Assembly: GCF_035084215.1 (NCBI RefSeq)
Contig: NC_090334.1
Span: 62,744,001-62,808,000, forward strand
Length of the DNA stretch: 64,000 bases
DNA from: Heptranchias perlo
Lineage: Eukaryota
Reading direction: 5' to 3'
Below the pieces are notes generated by a model. The model did not search any database. It saw nothing but the letters and a program-made list of their open reading frames with translations, and was not told the DNA's origin. Positions 1 to 11,356 of this stretch are shown here, piece by piece. Both the position numbers and the translations under genes were made by a program. How positions within the stretch are numbered: the first letter of the stretch is position 1; the number at the start of each line of letters is the position of its first letter.

Positions 1-465
1 GGGTTTACCATTGCGGTGGGGTCAACCATCGGAGGGTGGGGGGTCAACCATTGGAGGGGGTCGGCCGATCGTGGAGGTCCGATCGCACCAGGTGAGCTTG
101 TTGGGCCTGGTTGAAGTACTCCTGCTCCTCCTGGCCCACAAGCAGTGCAATAAAGACCCTCACCTCATGGATCCGGCCCTTCTCGCCTCCTTACACCTAA
201 CGAGATTCAGAAGTCATGGGAAACCTGTGCAGGTGAGGTTAAATTAGTTTCAGACATGGAATCAACAAAAAATTAAGTACCTCAACTATTCCAGTGAGGT
301 AAGTTGCCTCTTTAACAATCGGCCCGCCGGCATTAAGTGGAGATGTGACTTCTGGGTTTCGGATGCGCGAGCATCCAAACGCACCTGGGTTAAACCTGGA
401 AGTGGATGCGTTGGAGCCAGGTTTGCGGTCGCGCTTCCAAAAGCTGTTATTTTAACCTCCCACCC
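1..465. mobile_element. Non-autonomous DNA element (Harbinger/Tourist-like MITE), left part. It is interrupted by a CR1 and resumes at about 5344-5381.
   Basis: It shares internal sequence (ACTCCTGCTCCTCCT..CCCACAA) and the terminus GGGTTAAAAT(T/C)ACC with the element at 26183-26620. The terminus is found after the CR1 block, at about 5366-5381. Confidence 0.5.
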
Positions 466-1121
466 TGCGGTACAGAGGGATCTGGGTGTCCTCGTACATG
501 AAACACAAAAAGTCAACATACAGGTGCAGCAGGTAATCCGGAAGGCAAACGGAATATTGGCCTTTATTTCTAGGGGGATGGAGTATAAAAGCAGGGAAGT
601 CATGCTACAACTGTACAGGGTGCTGGTGAGACCACACCTGGAGTACTGCGGACAGTTCTAGTGCCCTTATTTAAAGAAGGACATACTTGCATTGGAGGCA
701 GTTCAGAGAAGGTTCACCAGGTTGATTCCGGGTATGGAAGGGTTGTCTCATGAGGAAAGATTGAACAGGTTGGGTCTATACTCATTGGAGTTTAGAAGAA
801 TGAGAGGAGATCTTATTGAAACATACAAGATTCTGAGGGGACTCGATAGGATAGATGCTGAGAGGATGTTACCCCTCACGGGGGAATCTAAAACTAGGGG
901 GCATAGTCTCAGAATAAGGGGTCGCCCGTTTAAGACGGAAATGAGGAGGAATTTCTTCTCCCAGAGGGTCGTGAATCTTTGGAATTCTTTACCCCAAAAA
1001 GTGGTGGAGGCTGAATCATTAAGTAGGTCCCTAGTGTAGTTAACATTCTCTAAATTAAGAGTAATTTAAAGGAGTAAACTCTTTAAAGGGAGTAACTAAC
1101 GAGCTTAATCTAAGGCAAGTC

Positions 1122-2071
1122 ATGGCAGCAGAGCTCACACCCGTGATATGCTCCTCCTGCACTATGTGGGAAGTCATGGACACTACTGGTGTCCCTGACG
1201 ACTACATGTGCAGGAAGTTTGTCCACCTGCAGCTACTGACTAACCGTATTTCGGAGCTGGAGCTGCGGGTGGATTCACTGTGGAGCATCCGCGATGCTGA
1301 GATTATCGTGGATAGCACGTTCAGTGAGGTGGTCACACCACAGGTAAAGATTACGCAGGAAGAAAAGAAATGGGTGAACGCCAGGAAGAGTAGAAGGACT
1401 AGGCAGGTAGAGCAGGAGTCCCCTGGGGCCATCTCCCTCTCAAACAGATATACCGCTTTGGATACTGTTGGGGGAGATGGCTTATCAGGGGAAAGCAGCA
1501 AGAGCCAAGTTTGTGGCACCACGGGTGGCTCTGCTGCACAGGAGGGGAGGAATAAGAGTGGCAGGGCTATAGTGATAGGGGATTCAATTGTAAGGGGAAC
1601 ATAGGTGTTTCTGCGGCCGCAAACATGACTCCAAGATGGTATGTTACCTCCTTGGTGCTAGGGTTAAGGATATCATGGGGCGGTTGCAGGGCATTCTGGA
1701 GGGGGAGGGTGAACAGCCAGTAGTCGTGGTCCATATCGGTACCAACGTCATAGGTAAAAAAAAGGGATGAGGTCCTGCAAGGTGAATTTAAGGAGTTAGG
1801 AGATAAATTAAAAAGCAGGACCTCAAAGGTAGTGATCTCAGGATTACTACCAGTGCCACATGCTAGTGAGTATGGGAACAGGAGAATAGACCAGATGAAT
1901 GCGTGGCTGCAGGGAGTGTGTAGGAGGGAGGGATTTAGATTCCTGGGACATTGGGACCGGTTCTGGGGAAGGTGGGACCTGTACAAACGGGATGGGTTAC
2001 ACCCGAGCAGGACACGGACCGATGTCCTGGCGGGGGTGTTTGCTAGTGCTGTTGGGGAAGGTTTAAACTAG
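1122..2071 (+). pseudogene. CR1 ORF1 (zinc finger plus SGNH esterase), frameshifted
   Basis: ORFs 1122-1604 and 1832-2071 carry the motifs in different frames, with a stop between them. Confidence 0.85.
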
Positions 2072-3184
2072 AATGGCAGGGGGATGGGAACCTGAGCAGG
2101 GAGACAGAGAAGGGGGAAACAAGGATAGAAACAAAAGAAAGAAAGGGAAGAAGCAATAGTGGAAGGCAGAGAAAACAAGGGCGAAAAAAAAATAGGGCCA
2201 TAGTGCAAAATAATACTAAGACGACCAGCAATCTTAAAAAGACAAGTCCAAAGGCATTGTGTTTTAATGCGCGGAGCATTCGCAATAAGGTAGATGAATT
2301 AACAGCGCAGATAGATATTAACGGTTATGATATAGTTGCGATTACGGAGACATGGCTGCACAGTGACCAAGGATGGGAACTGAACATCCAGGGGTATTCA
2401 ATATTTAGGAAGGACAGGCAAAAAGGGAAAGGAGGTGGGGCAGCGTTGTTAGTAAAGGAGGAAATCAATGCACGGAAAATCACGATGTGGAATCTGTATA
2501 GGTGGAGCTAAGGGGCAGAAAGGGGCAGAAAACGTTGGTGGGGGTAGTCCATAGGCCCCCAAACAGTAGTGGAGATGTAAAGGAGGGCATTAAACAGGAA
2601 ATTAGAGACGCAAGCAAGAAAGGTACAACTACAATCATGGGTGACTTTAATCTACATATAGATTGGTCAAATCCAATTAGCAATAATTCTGTGGGGAAGG
2701 AATTCCTGGAAAGTGTACGTGATGGTTTTCTAGACCAATACGTTGAGGAACCAACTAGAGAACTGACGATTCTAGACTTGGTATTGTGCAATGAGAAAGG
2801 ATTAATTAACAATCTTGTTATGGTCGCTCTTCCCTAAGGGACCCCACACAACATGATAGAATTCCTCATTAAGATGGAGAGTGAAGTAGTCGAATCCGAA
2901 ACTAGGGTCCTGAATCTAAATAAAGGAAATTACGAAAGTATGAGGTGCGAGTTGGCTATGATACATTGGGGAACTTTACTGAAAGGGATGACGGTGGATA
3001 GGCAATGGCTAATATTTAAAGAATGTGTGCAGGAATTACAACAATTATTCATTTCTGTCTGGTGCAAAAATAAAACAGGAAATGTGGCTCAACCTTGGCT
3101 TACAAAAGAAATTAGGGATAGTATTAGATCCAAAGAGGAGACATATAAAATTGCCAGAAAAAGTGGCAAGCCTGAGGATTGGGA

Positions 3185-3287
3185 ATTGTAAACAATTTTA
3201 CAACACCAAGTTATAGTCCAGCAATTTTATTTTAAATTCACAAGCTTTCGGAGGCTTCCTCCTTCCTCAGGTGAACGTTGTTGGAAA
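3185..3287 (-). mobile_element. Penelope-like terminal-repeat insertion (103 bp) with 10-bp TSD AGGATTGGGA
   Basis: The TSD lies at 3175-3184 and 3288-3297, and removing the insert restores CR1 ORF2 (PEDWEQFR). A near-identical copy lies on the + strand at 13314-13408. Confidence 0.8.
3237..3275 (-). ncRNA. Minimal type I hammerhead ribozyme
   Basis: The minus strand reads UUCAC-CUGAGGA-A-GGAGG-AAG-CCUCC-GAAA-GC-UU-GUGAA. This gives the core CUGAnGA/GAAA, a 5-bp stem I, a 5-bp stem II and a palindromic AGCU stem III. Confidence 0.8.
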
Positions 3288-5394
3288 AGGATTGGGAGCA
3301 GTTTAGAATTCAGCAAAGGAGGACAAAGAGATTGATTAAGAAGGGAAAAATAGAGTATGAGAGTAAACTAGCAGGGAACATAAAAACTGATTGTAAAAGC
3401 TTCTATAAATATGTCAAGAGAAAAAGATTAGTGAAGACAAATGTAGGTCCCTTACAGTTAGAAATGGGGGAAATTATAATGGGGAACAAAGAAATGGCAG
3501 AACAATTAAACACATACTTTGGTTCTGTCTTCGCAAAGGAGAACATAAATAACCTCCCAGAAATGTTAGGTCTAGTGAGAGGGAGGAACTGAAGGAAACC
3601 AGTATTAGTAAAACAATAGTGCTAGGGAAATTAATGGGGCTAAAGACTGACAAACCCCCAGGGCCTGATAATCTACATCCCAGAGTACTAAAGGAAGTGG
3701 CCCTGGAAATAGTGGATGCATTGGTGGTCATCTTCCAAAATTCTATAGACTCTGGAACAGTTCCTGAAGATTGGAGGGTGGCAAATGTAACCCCACTATT
3801 TAAAAAAGGAGGGAGAGAAAAAACAGGGAATTACAGACCAGTTAGCCTAACATCAGTAGTGGGGGAAATGCTAGAGTCTGTTATAAGATGTGATAACAGA
3901 ACACTTGGAGGGCATTAACGGGATCGGACAAAATCAGCATGGGTTTATGAAAGGGTATTTATCATGCTTAACAAATCTACTGGAGTTTTTTGAGGATGTA
4001 ACTAGTAGAATAGATAGGGGAGAACCAGTGGATGTGGTGTACTTGGATTTTCAGAAGGCTTTTGATAAGGTCCCACACAAGAGGTTAGTGTGCAAAATTA
4101 AAGCACATGGGATTGGGGGGAATACACTGGCATGGATTGAGAATTGGTTGACAGACAGGAAACAGATTGGGAATAAACGGGTCTTTTTCTGGGTGGCAGG
4201 CAGTGACTAGTGGGGTATCACAGGGATCAGTGCTTGGGTCCCAGCTATTCACAATATATATCAATGATTTGGATGAGGGAATGGAATTAACATTTCCAAG
4301 TTTGCAGACGACACAAAGCTGGGGTGAGTGGGCAAGAACATGGCAGATGCAGTATAACGTGGATAAATGTGAGGTTATCCACTTTGGTTGTAAAAACAGA
4401 AAGACAGATTATTATCTGAATGGTGATAGATTGGGAAAAGGGGAGGTGCAACGAGACCTGGGTATCCTTGTACACCAGTCGCTGAAAGCGAGCATTCAGG
4501 TGCAGCAAGCAGTTAGAAAGGCGAATGGTATGTTGGCGTTCATTGCAAGAGGATTTGAGTACAGGAGCAGGGATGTCTTACTGCAGTTGTACAGGGCCTT
4601 GGTGAGACCACATCTGGAATATTGTGTGCAGTTTTGGTCTCCTTATCTGAGGAAGGATATCCTTGCCATGGAGGGAGTGCAACGAAGGTTTGCCAGACTG
4701 ATCCTGGGATGACAGGACTGACGTATGAGGAGAGATTGGGTCGACTAGGCCTATATTCACTAGAGTTTAGAAGAATGAGAGATGATCTCACCGAAACATA
4801 TAAAATTCTAACAGGACTAGACAGACTAGATGCAGGGAGGATGTTCCCGATGGCTGGGGAGTCCAGAACCAGGGGTCACAGTCTCAGGATACGGGGTATG
4901 CCATTTAGAACCGAGATGAGAGAAATTTCTTCACTCAGAGGGTGGTGAACCTGTGGAATTCTCTACCACAGAGACCAAGTCATTAAATATATTCAAAAAG
5001 GAGATAGATATATTTCTTAATGCTAAAGGGATCAAGGGATATGGGGAAAAGCGGGAACAGTGTACTGAGTTAGGCGATCAGCCATGATCATTTTGAATGG
5101 CGGAGCGGGCCCAAAGGGCCGAATGGCCTACTCTTGCTCCTATTTTCTATGTTTCTATGTTAATACATTCAAGGCTGAGTTAGACAAATTTTTGATCAGC
5201 AAGGGAGTCAAAGAATATGGGGAAAGGGCGGGAAAGTGGAGTTGAGGTAAAAATCAGATCAGCCATGATCTCATTAAATGGCGGAGTAGGCTCAGGGGGC
5301 GGAATGGCCTACTCCTGCTCCTATCTCTTATGGTCTTATGGTCACTCCCAACCCACCTGTTCTTTGGGGTTAAAATTACCTCCGTGGTGTCAGA

Positions 5395-5770
5395 AGACTG
5401 AGTTATAAGGAAAGGTTAGATAAACAAAGACTATCAGATTAAAAAAGTGAATGAGAGGGTCCTTATAGAGAAATATAAGATGCTAATTGGAATAGGAAAG
5501 GTTAATCAAGAGAACTGTTTCAAGTTAAACCAAAATTGTGGGACAGAGAATACAGACACAAATGGTGAAAAGGCAAATTCAGGCCTGACGTCAGAAAATG
5601 CTTCTTCATTCAAAGAGTGATTCATACCTGAAATGGTTTTCCAGATACGGTAGTGGATACAAAAACTCTGAAATCGTTCAGGTACTGTGATGGGGATTTA
5701 GGTTTCTATGGAAGGATGAACTAGATGGGCCAAATGGCCTCCCACATCCATACTTACCTTTGTGATCTTC
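5395..5770 (+). mobile_element. Old, degenerate CR1 3' fragment
   Basis: Degenerate match to the CR1 3' end: TTCTTCATTCAAAGAGTG, then ATGGGCCAAATGGCCT as the tail stem. Confidence 0.6.
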
Positions 5771-7789
5771 GTTTCAGTCTCGATCAGTGCTTATCAAACT
5801 TTTCTGTATGGGGGGCCCTTTGCAAATATTGACACACTCTTGGGCACCCCACTGTAAATGTTGGCACACTCCTGGGCGATCCTGTCCTAACTTTTGAAAG
5901 AAAGTGCCAGCCATCCAAAGGAAATTGGTGCTATCATTTTCATTAGTATATATACAGCAAGAGAAATTCTCTGATAGTGAAACAACTAATACAGAATTTC
6001 TGAGAGACTAACGCCATGGCCATAGATGAACAGAAATCTCACAGACCCTCGTTTGAAACCTATGGTCAAAGTTATGGGCTTTATTCCTGGTGTGGGGCTT
6101 AAATTCAAAAGTTTCTGACTCAAAGAAAAGAAGTCTACCAACTGAGCCAAGGTGAGATGTATCTTCTCTTCTGTATTACTTTAAGGCTATCAATATTATT
6201 CAATGCCAATTGCTTGCAAACTGAATCATTTAAACACAACTTTATTGACAATTAGGAACAAATTTTACACTATGGATTATTCAGCAGTCAGCCAATGTCT
6301 AAATTTTACTTACATTGCATTGAGAAGGGTTTATGTTTGTTGTAGCCATTTATAATTTCATCCCATCTGTTTCCCATCTTTTTTTTTGACTCCACACAGA
6401 GCATTTATAATTCTTTAGCACCTTGTAGTGTAAAACTTGATGTAACACATTTGCTGCACACATGTGGATTGAACAGCAGCATTCATCTTTCTCATGCAGT
6501 GTCAGGTGTTGTTGGTTTGAGTGTGGTACATCCTATCTAACTGCACTGAGTTGTGACCCACTGTGAACAGCTGTAGCTCTGAGCTGATTCCAGCTTCTGG
6601 AACTAGTTCTCTTCCCTGGGGACAATGGTTCTAGCAATGCATAACTCTCCTGAGAAATGCAAATAATGATTAAAAACACTCAACTTTAATCTCAAATATT
6701 TCCCTATTTCAAACATCCCTGAGAGTATGTGAAGCTCTAGCAGAATTGCAGAATTATTTCAGTTAAAAAAAAGAACAAAACATTTCAGCCAATAGACGCA
6801 AAATGAATCTCTTCACTGACATACTCCTCTGTGTTACTGGTGTTTATGCTGATGTAAAACTTGTCACCCATAAACGAATATCCCAGTGCAAATGATGGCT
6901 CTTTGCATGTCCAGCATCATCAGAACTACATACAACTTTTATTTGAACAATGTCAGTCAAGAATAGGGAGAAAATATTTATAGGGACAGCAACAAAGAAA
7001 CTCTTTTGCAAGCCTGCTTTAATTTCCTGTTGTTGACATTAGCGGTTCCTTGTATCTTTGTGCATGCTATGTTCCATTTAGACTTATTGTAGGCTTTTGT
7101 TTGTTATCTGATCCATTATTTTTTTGTGTGTCTGTTGCATCACCTGACCAGGTGAGCAAAGCTATTTGTTTCACAAGGGAGCAGCTGTAGCCAGGTAATG
7201 TGTGCAGTCAATGCTCTGGGCCTTCACGAGGGACTACCTCAACGGCAACTTGAATCTCAAGAGCATTGGTCAGAAATAAGCAATAGTAAATGTCATAAAT
7301 TAGTGTGACACTGAGGAATGAGATCTGTGATTGTGCGTTGACATTATATCCAGCGTGTATTGTGTAACAAAGTGCCACATACCAAATAACTCTGACTCAG
7401 AGGCAAAAGTGCTACCCACTGAGCCATGGCTGACACGGCTGATTGTAAATTCAAATCTGAACCCAATTTTCAAATGTTAAAACAACGGAATGAAGGTTGT
7501 TCTTAATCCATGTTTGTTGGCATAAATGAAATGGCTCTATAACCTTACAGAGTGGTTTCACTACTGCTAAAAATTGTGGGTTAGTCCTGCCACCATTCTT
7601 AGCTATGTTCCATAGTTCAGACAGAGGCAGCACAGGGTAATTCTCCATCCTCCCCAGTAGATTATCAGGGATTGGAGAGATAAACTCCTATCATAAGTAA
7701 TATAATCCATTCCATTCCCCAACTAAATTACTAATGATTGGACACATACTCTGCCCGGATCCAAATATCCTTCATTGGAAACAGCAGGT

Positions 7790-9198
7790 CGAGGGCTCTG
7801 GGGTTTGAGCAGATTGTAGGCCTCCCCCAAGTCCAGGATATCATCGACACCACACACAGCTCACTGCCCTCATGAATTGTAAGGGCTTCCAGCAACACAG
7901 ATGACATCAAGGATGGCGAAGAAACAGGAGGACGGCTACACCAGCCTGCAGCCAGAACTCTTTGGCAGCAGCTTACTGCACAGCGCTTCAGTTGAATAAT
8001 TCCTGCCTCCCATTGCCCCCCCCACGCATTAACAGCCATGTCCAACATCTTGTCAACCACCCTTCAATAACTACATCTGTCCAAATGCCAACATTGACAT
8101 ACACGTCACCTGACATTGCAGGGTTACCAACTGCTACAGGAACAGTCTACACACAAAGATTTCAAAACAGTTTATAATTTTACTGACTTACACAAATGCC
8201 TACAAACTAATGTGTGACCTTGGTGCCTTTCTTAAGAGATTCCTTACCAATTCTACCAGTCCTCTGAGGTGCTCTCCTGATGGCTTCAGCATGTGAGGTA
8301 GAAGGCTGCTGTGGATAAGGTGAAGCCTCTTAAGCTGTTCGTGGCCGGCGACCTCAAGGAGCTCGGGCCTGAGAGGGCTCGGCTGCAGACTGCAGCATCT
8401 TGGTGGTTGCCAGGGCAGTCTGGCTCGGCTGGCCTTCTGGAACCAATGTGGGCATTGGTTGATGGAGTGGCAAGGATTAGAATGTGCTAACATCATGGGA
8501 GAGGGCAACATGTTCCAATCCCACTGCACGACTGCCTCTGCTATGGAGATGTGGCTCAGCACTCTCACTGATCTGCGAGAGATTGAAGTGACTGTCCAGG
8601 GAGGAGGAGATGGTAGAGCCCAGGGCCTGCGTGGTGTGAGTATCAGCATTCCTGAGAGATGCTACTACTACTGATGTTCCAGACACCTGCAGGGAGGCCC
8701 CAACTGCAGCGTCCATTGGTTGACTGTACAGTGTCAATGCCATGCACTAGAACCCCATACAAGTTAGTAGTGGACTCCTGCACCATTTGACAGGATTTCC
8801 ATTACATTGAGCAATTGCTGGTGCACAGAAAACACAGAAGGCTGGCCCCTACAGTCTGCGTCTCTGTCCTCTTCAGAAGAGCTAGGACCTGAGCTTGCCC
8901 ACTGGCGAGCTGTTTCCTAGGCTGTCCTTTCCACTTGCATCTGCTCCTGCTCACTTGTGCTGAGTGAATCACCCTGTGCAGACCTCTCTAATTCACTATC
9001 TTTACCACCTGGGATGTCAATCCCTGTACTAGTGTTGGGAAGGTATTGGCAAGTGATGATGCATGTTCGGGAATGTGGTCCCCACCCCCTCTCCATCTGA
9101 GCAGCTCATCGGAAGGACCTACGAGAAGGAGAGTGGGACAAAGATGTGGACATAATGGAAGGGTAAGTAGTAGTAGGTGCATTGTAGTCCCAGGATGC

Positions 9199-9232
<34 letters not shown>

Positions 9233-10336
9233 GCTAGAGAGTTAAAGGGAAAGAGTAAAGGATGGGAAAATGGCCAAACACTCTGCTACACATGGCTTAC
9301 AGCCTTGCCATCTCCAATGCTGTGGATCCTCCCTCTGCCAATGGTGTCAATGGTTGCATCCTCCATTGGAGTGCGAGTTCGCACCTCCCCCAAGATCTTC
9401 CAGTCTCCCCTCTGTCGTGTGCCAGTTTATCCTGCAAGAGGTGTGGAAGTGGGTTTGTGCACGGCTTATGAAAGTGTTGTGAAGATGTGTGAGGCAGCTT
9501 AGCATAGGGTGCATGCTGAGAGGAAGAAACAGCAAATGTCTGCAAAAGGAGGGGAAAGTCTTTGGATGAAAGGTGGTGTTTTACAGCGTGAAGTATTAAA
9601 GAACTTAACAAGAATGTGAGAATTGATCCAAGTCCAAACAAAGGAAAAGCAGAACGTTGTTTGTGCCAGTTTGGAGAGCAGTAGCAGGTGTTGAGTGTGT
9701 GAGTGTAAGCACAATCAGGTGTAGTGAAGTGTCCCATTGTAGTTTAGAGTAGAGGCTTGTGCAGTGGGGAAGAGAAGGACCAGCAGTGCTGGGGGAGAAG
9801 TTTGATGTTGCAGAGTAAGAGATGTGAAGAAGAGTCTTATTTTGTCAGTCCTGGTAAGGTCATTAAACCTTTTGTGGCATTGTAACCAGGCTCTGGGAAT
9901 GCTCCTCCTGCCACTGACCTGCTCACTCACTTCTCTCCATGAATGCTGACTTATTTGTGGTGGTACCCATCTGCCATCTGAGAGAAACAGGACCTCCTAC
10001 CTGGCCCATATCTTTTCAATAAGCACCTCCACCGCAGCATCAGAAAGTCGGGGTGCCCCGGCCGTTGCAATGACAATGCACTTTCCCCACACCACCAATG
10101 AAAATTACAACTCCTCTTTAAGAGGTGCAGGCTGACTTTAAGAAGGGGCAAACCCATTGGATTTCCTGCCCTCCCAAATGGCAAGCTGTCTATAAGCAGC
10201 GTGCTTAGTGCCGGCCACTTGCCAATCATATTTAAAGGAGGCCTGATCAACAAAATCGATCAGGCCTCCCACTAACACTATCAGATGGGCAAAGCAGATG
10301 CCCTGCCTGTTGATGTCCGATATGAAAATTGATCCC
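7790..10336. mobile_element. Ancient decayed PIF/Harbinger element
   Basis: A transposase remnant lies on + (GLPQVQDIIDTTH, equivalent to GFPRVQGVIDCTH). A Myb remnant lies on - (WLQCHKRFNDLTR). The right end TGAAAATTGATCCC resembles the TIR of the other copies, and the convergent layout is the same. Confidence 0.75.
9200..9230. repeat. (TG)n microsatellite
   Basis: About 15 perfect TG units. Confidence 0.95.
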
Positions 10337-10617
10337 TTACTTTCTTATGTGGGGCCCTAATGTCCAAGCATTAGAGCAATGGACTCTCAGAGTACTGTGA
10401 GCTTGATTTTGATTTAATCATTATCTCCCACATTAGATAAAGTTTGCTAGTTCAGACCTATGCCAGCGATGGAGCACTATACAGAAGGGAAGCATTCTGC
10501 CTGGGATAGAGGAACGAGTTGTGGAAATATAAGAGCAATTCCATGCTATTAGTTATAAAAACAGAAAATGAAGGAGAAGCTCAGCAAGTCAGGCAGCATC
10601 TGTAAAGGAAGAAACAG

Positions 10618-10654
10618 AGTTAACGTTTCAGGTCGAAGACCTTTCGTCAGAACT
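10618..10654 (-). ncRNA. Minimal type I hammerhead ribozyme in the Penelope terminal repeat
   Basis: The minus strand reads AGUU-CUGACGA-A-AGGUC-UUC-GACCU-GAAA-CG-UU-AACU, with an intact core and stems and a palindromic ACGU. Confidence 0.82.
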
Positions 10655-11189
10655 GGAAGAAGTTAAAAGAGTTAAAGTTTTTGAGCAAGTGCAGAGCCAG
10701 GGAAAGGTGGGGAGGGAGGGGAGGGGAGGGGAAGAAAGAACAAAAGGGAAGGTCTGTGATAGGGTAGAGGGCACTAGTGATTAAAAGACAAAAGGGATGA
10801 TGGTGCAAGGCAAGGAAGGTGGTAATGAAACAGGTTAAGAAACAAAAGATTGGTCAGTAGCAGCTCTAAATGGCAGCAGCAGAACCATTACCAGCACTGG
10901 CTGACCGAAAAAATGGCAGCAGTGATTATCATCTGAAGTTATTGAAATCAATGTTGAGTCCGGAAGACTGTAAAGTCCTAAACGAAAGATGAGGTGCAGT
11001 TCCTTGAGCTTATGTTGAGCTTCTTTGGAACAGTGTAGGAGGCCGAGGACAGAGTGGGAGTGGGACTGGGAATTAAAATGGCAAGTGACCGGCAGGTCAG
11101 GGTCATGCTTGCTGACTGAGTGGAGGTGTTCAGCAAAGCGATCACCCAGTCTGCGTTTGGTCTCCCCAATTTGGAGAAGACCACATTGT

Positions 11190-11356
11190 CTTTTAAAAAG
11201 CATTTGGACAGTTACATGGGTAAGATGGGTATAGAGGGATATGGGCCAAGTGCAGGCAATTGGGACTAGCTTAGTGGTATAAACTGGGCGACATGGACAT
11301 GTTGGGCCGAAGGGCCTGTTTCCATGTTGTAACTTCTATGATTCTATGATTCTATG
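11190..11356 (+). mobile_element. CR1 3' tail inserted in the Penelope element
   Basis: It ends in (ATTCTATG)n and has TSD ATTGT at 11185-11189 and 11357-11361. Confidence 0.85.

Larger units (their letters stand above)
2245..5070 (+). pseudogene. CR1 ORF2 (APE endonuclease plus reverse transcriptase), disrupted
   Basis: A colinear series of ORF fragments from 2203 to 4948. It contains frameshifts, a 30-bp inversion, a Penelope-tail insertion and a deletion near 4323. Confidence 0.9.
1022..5160 (+). mobile_element. Near full-length CR1 LINE (ORF1 plus ORF2, decayed) nested in another CR1
   Basis: ORF1 has a Cys zinc-knuckle (CSSC..WE..YMCRK) and SGNH esterase motifs (VIGDSIVRG, DGLH). ORF2 has APE (NARSIRNK, ITETWL, MGDFN) and RT motifs (LDFQKAFDKVPH, QGSVLG, FADD). 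It ends in TTTCTATG tail repeats. Confidence 0.93.
466..5343 (+). mobile_element. 5'-truncated CR1 LINE 3' portion (466-1021 plus 5161-5343), split by a second CR1
   Basis: It encodes the C-terminal ORF2 peptide RPHLEYC/VQRRFTRLIPG...RRNFFSQRVVNLWNSLP. The sequence ...GAATCATT at 1020 resumes as AATACATTCAAGGCTGAG at 5162 and ends in TCTTATGG tail repeats. Confidence 0.85.

Noticed and set aside
5785-6066. Possible hAT-type MITE (CAGTGCTTATCAAACT...GTTTGAAACCTATG)
   Set aside because: The termini are too degenerate and no 8-bp TSD is evident.
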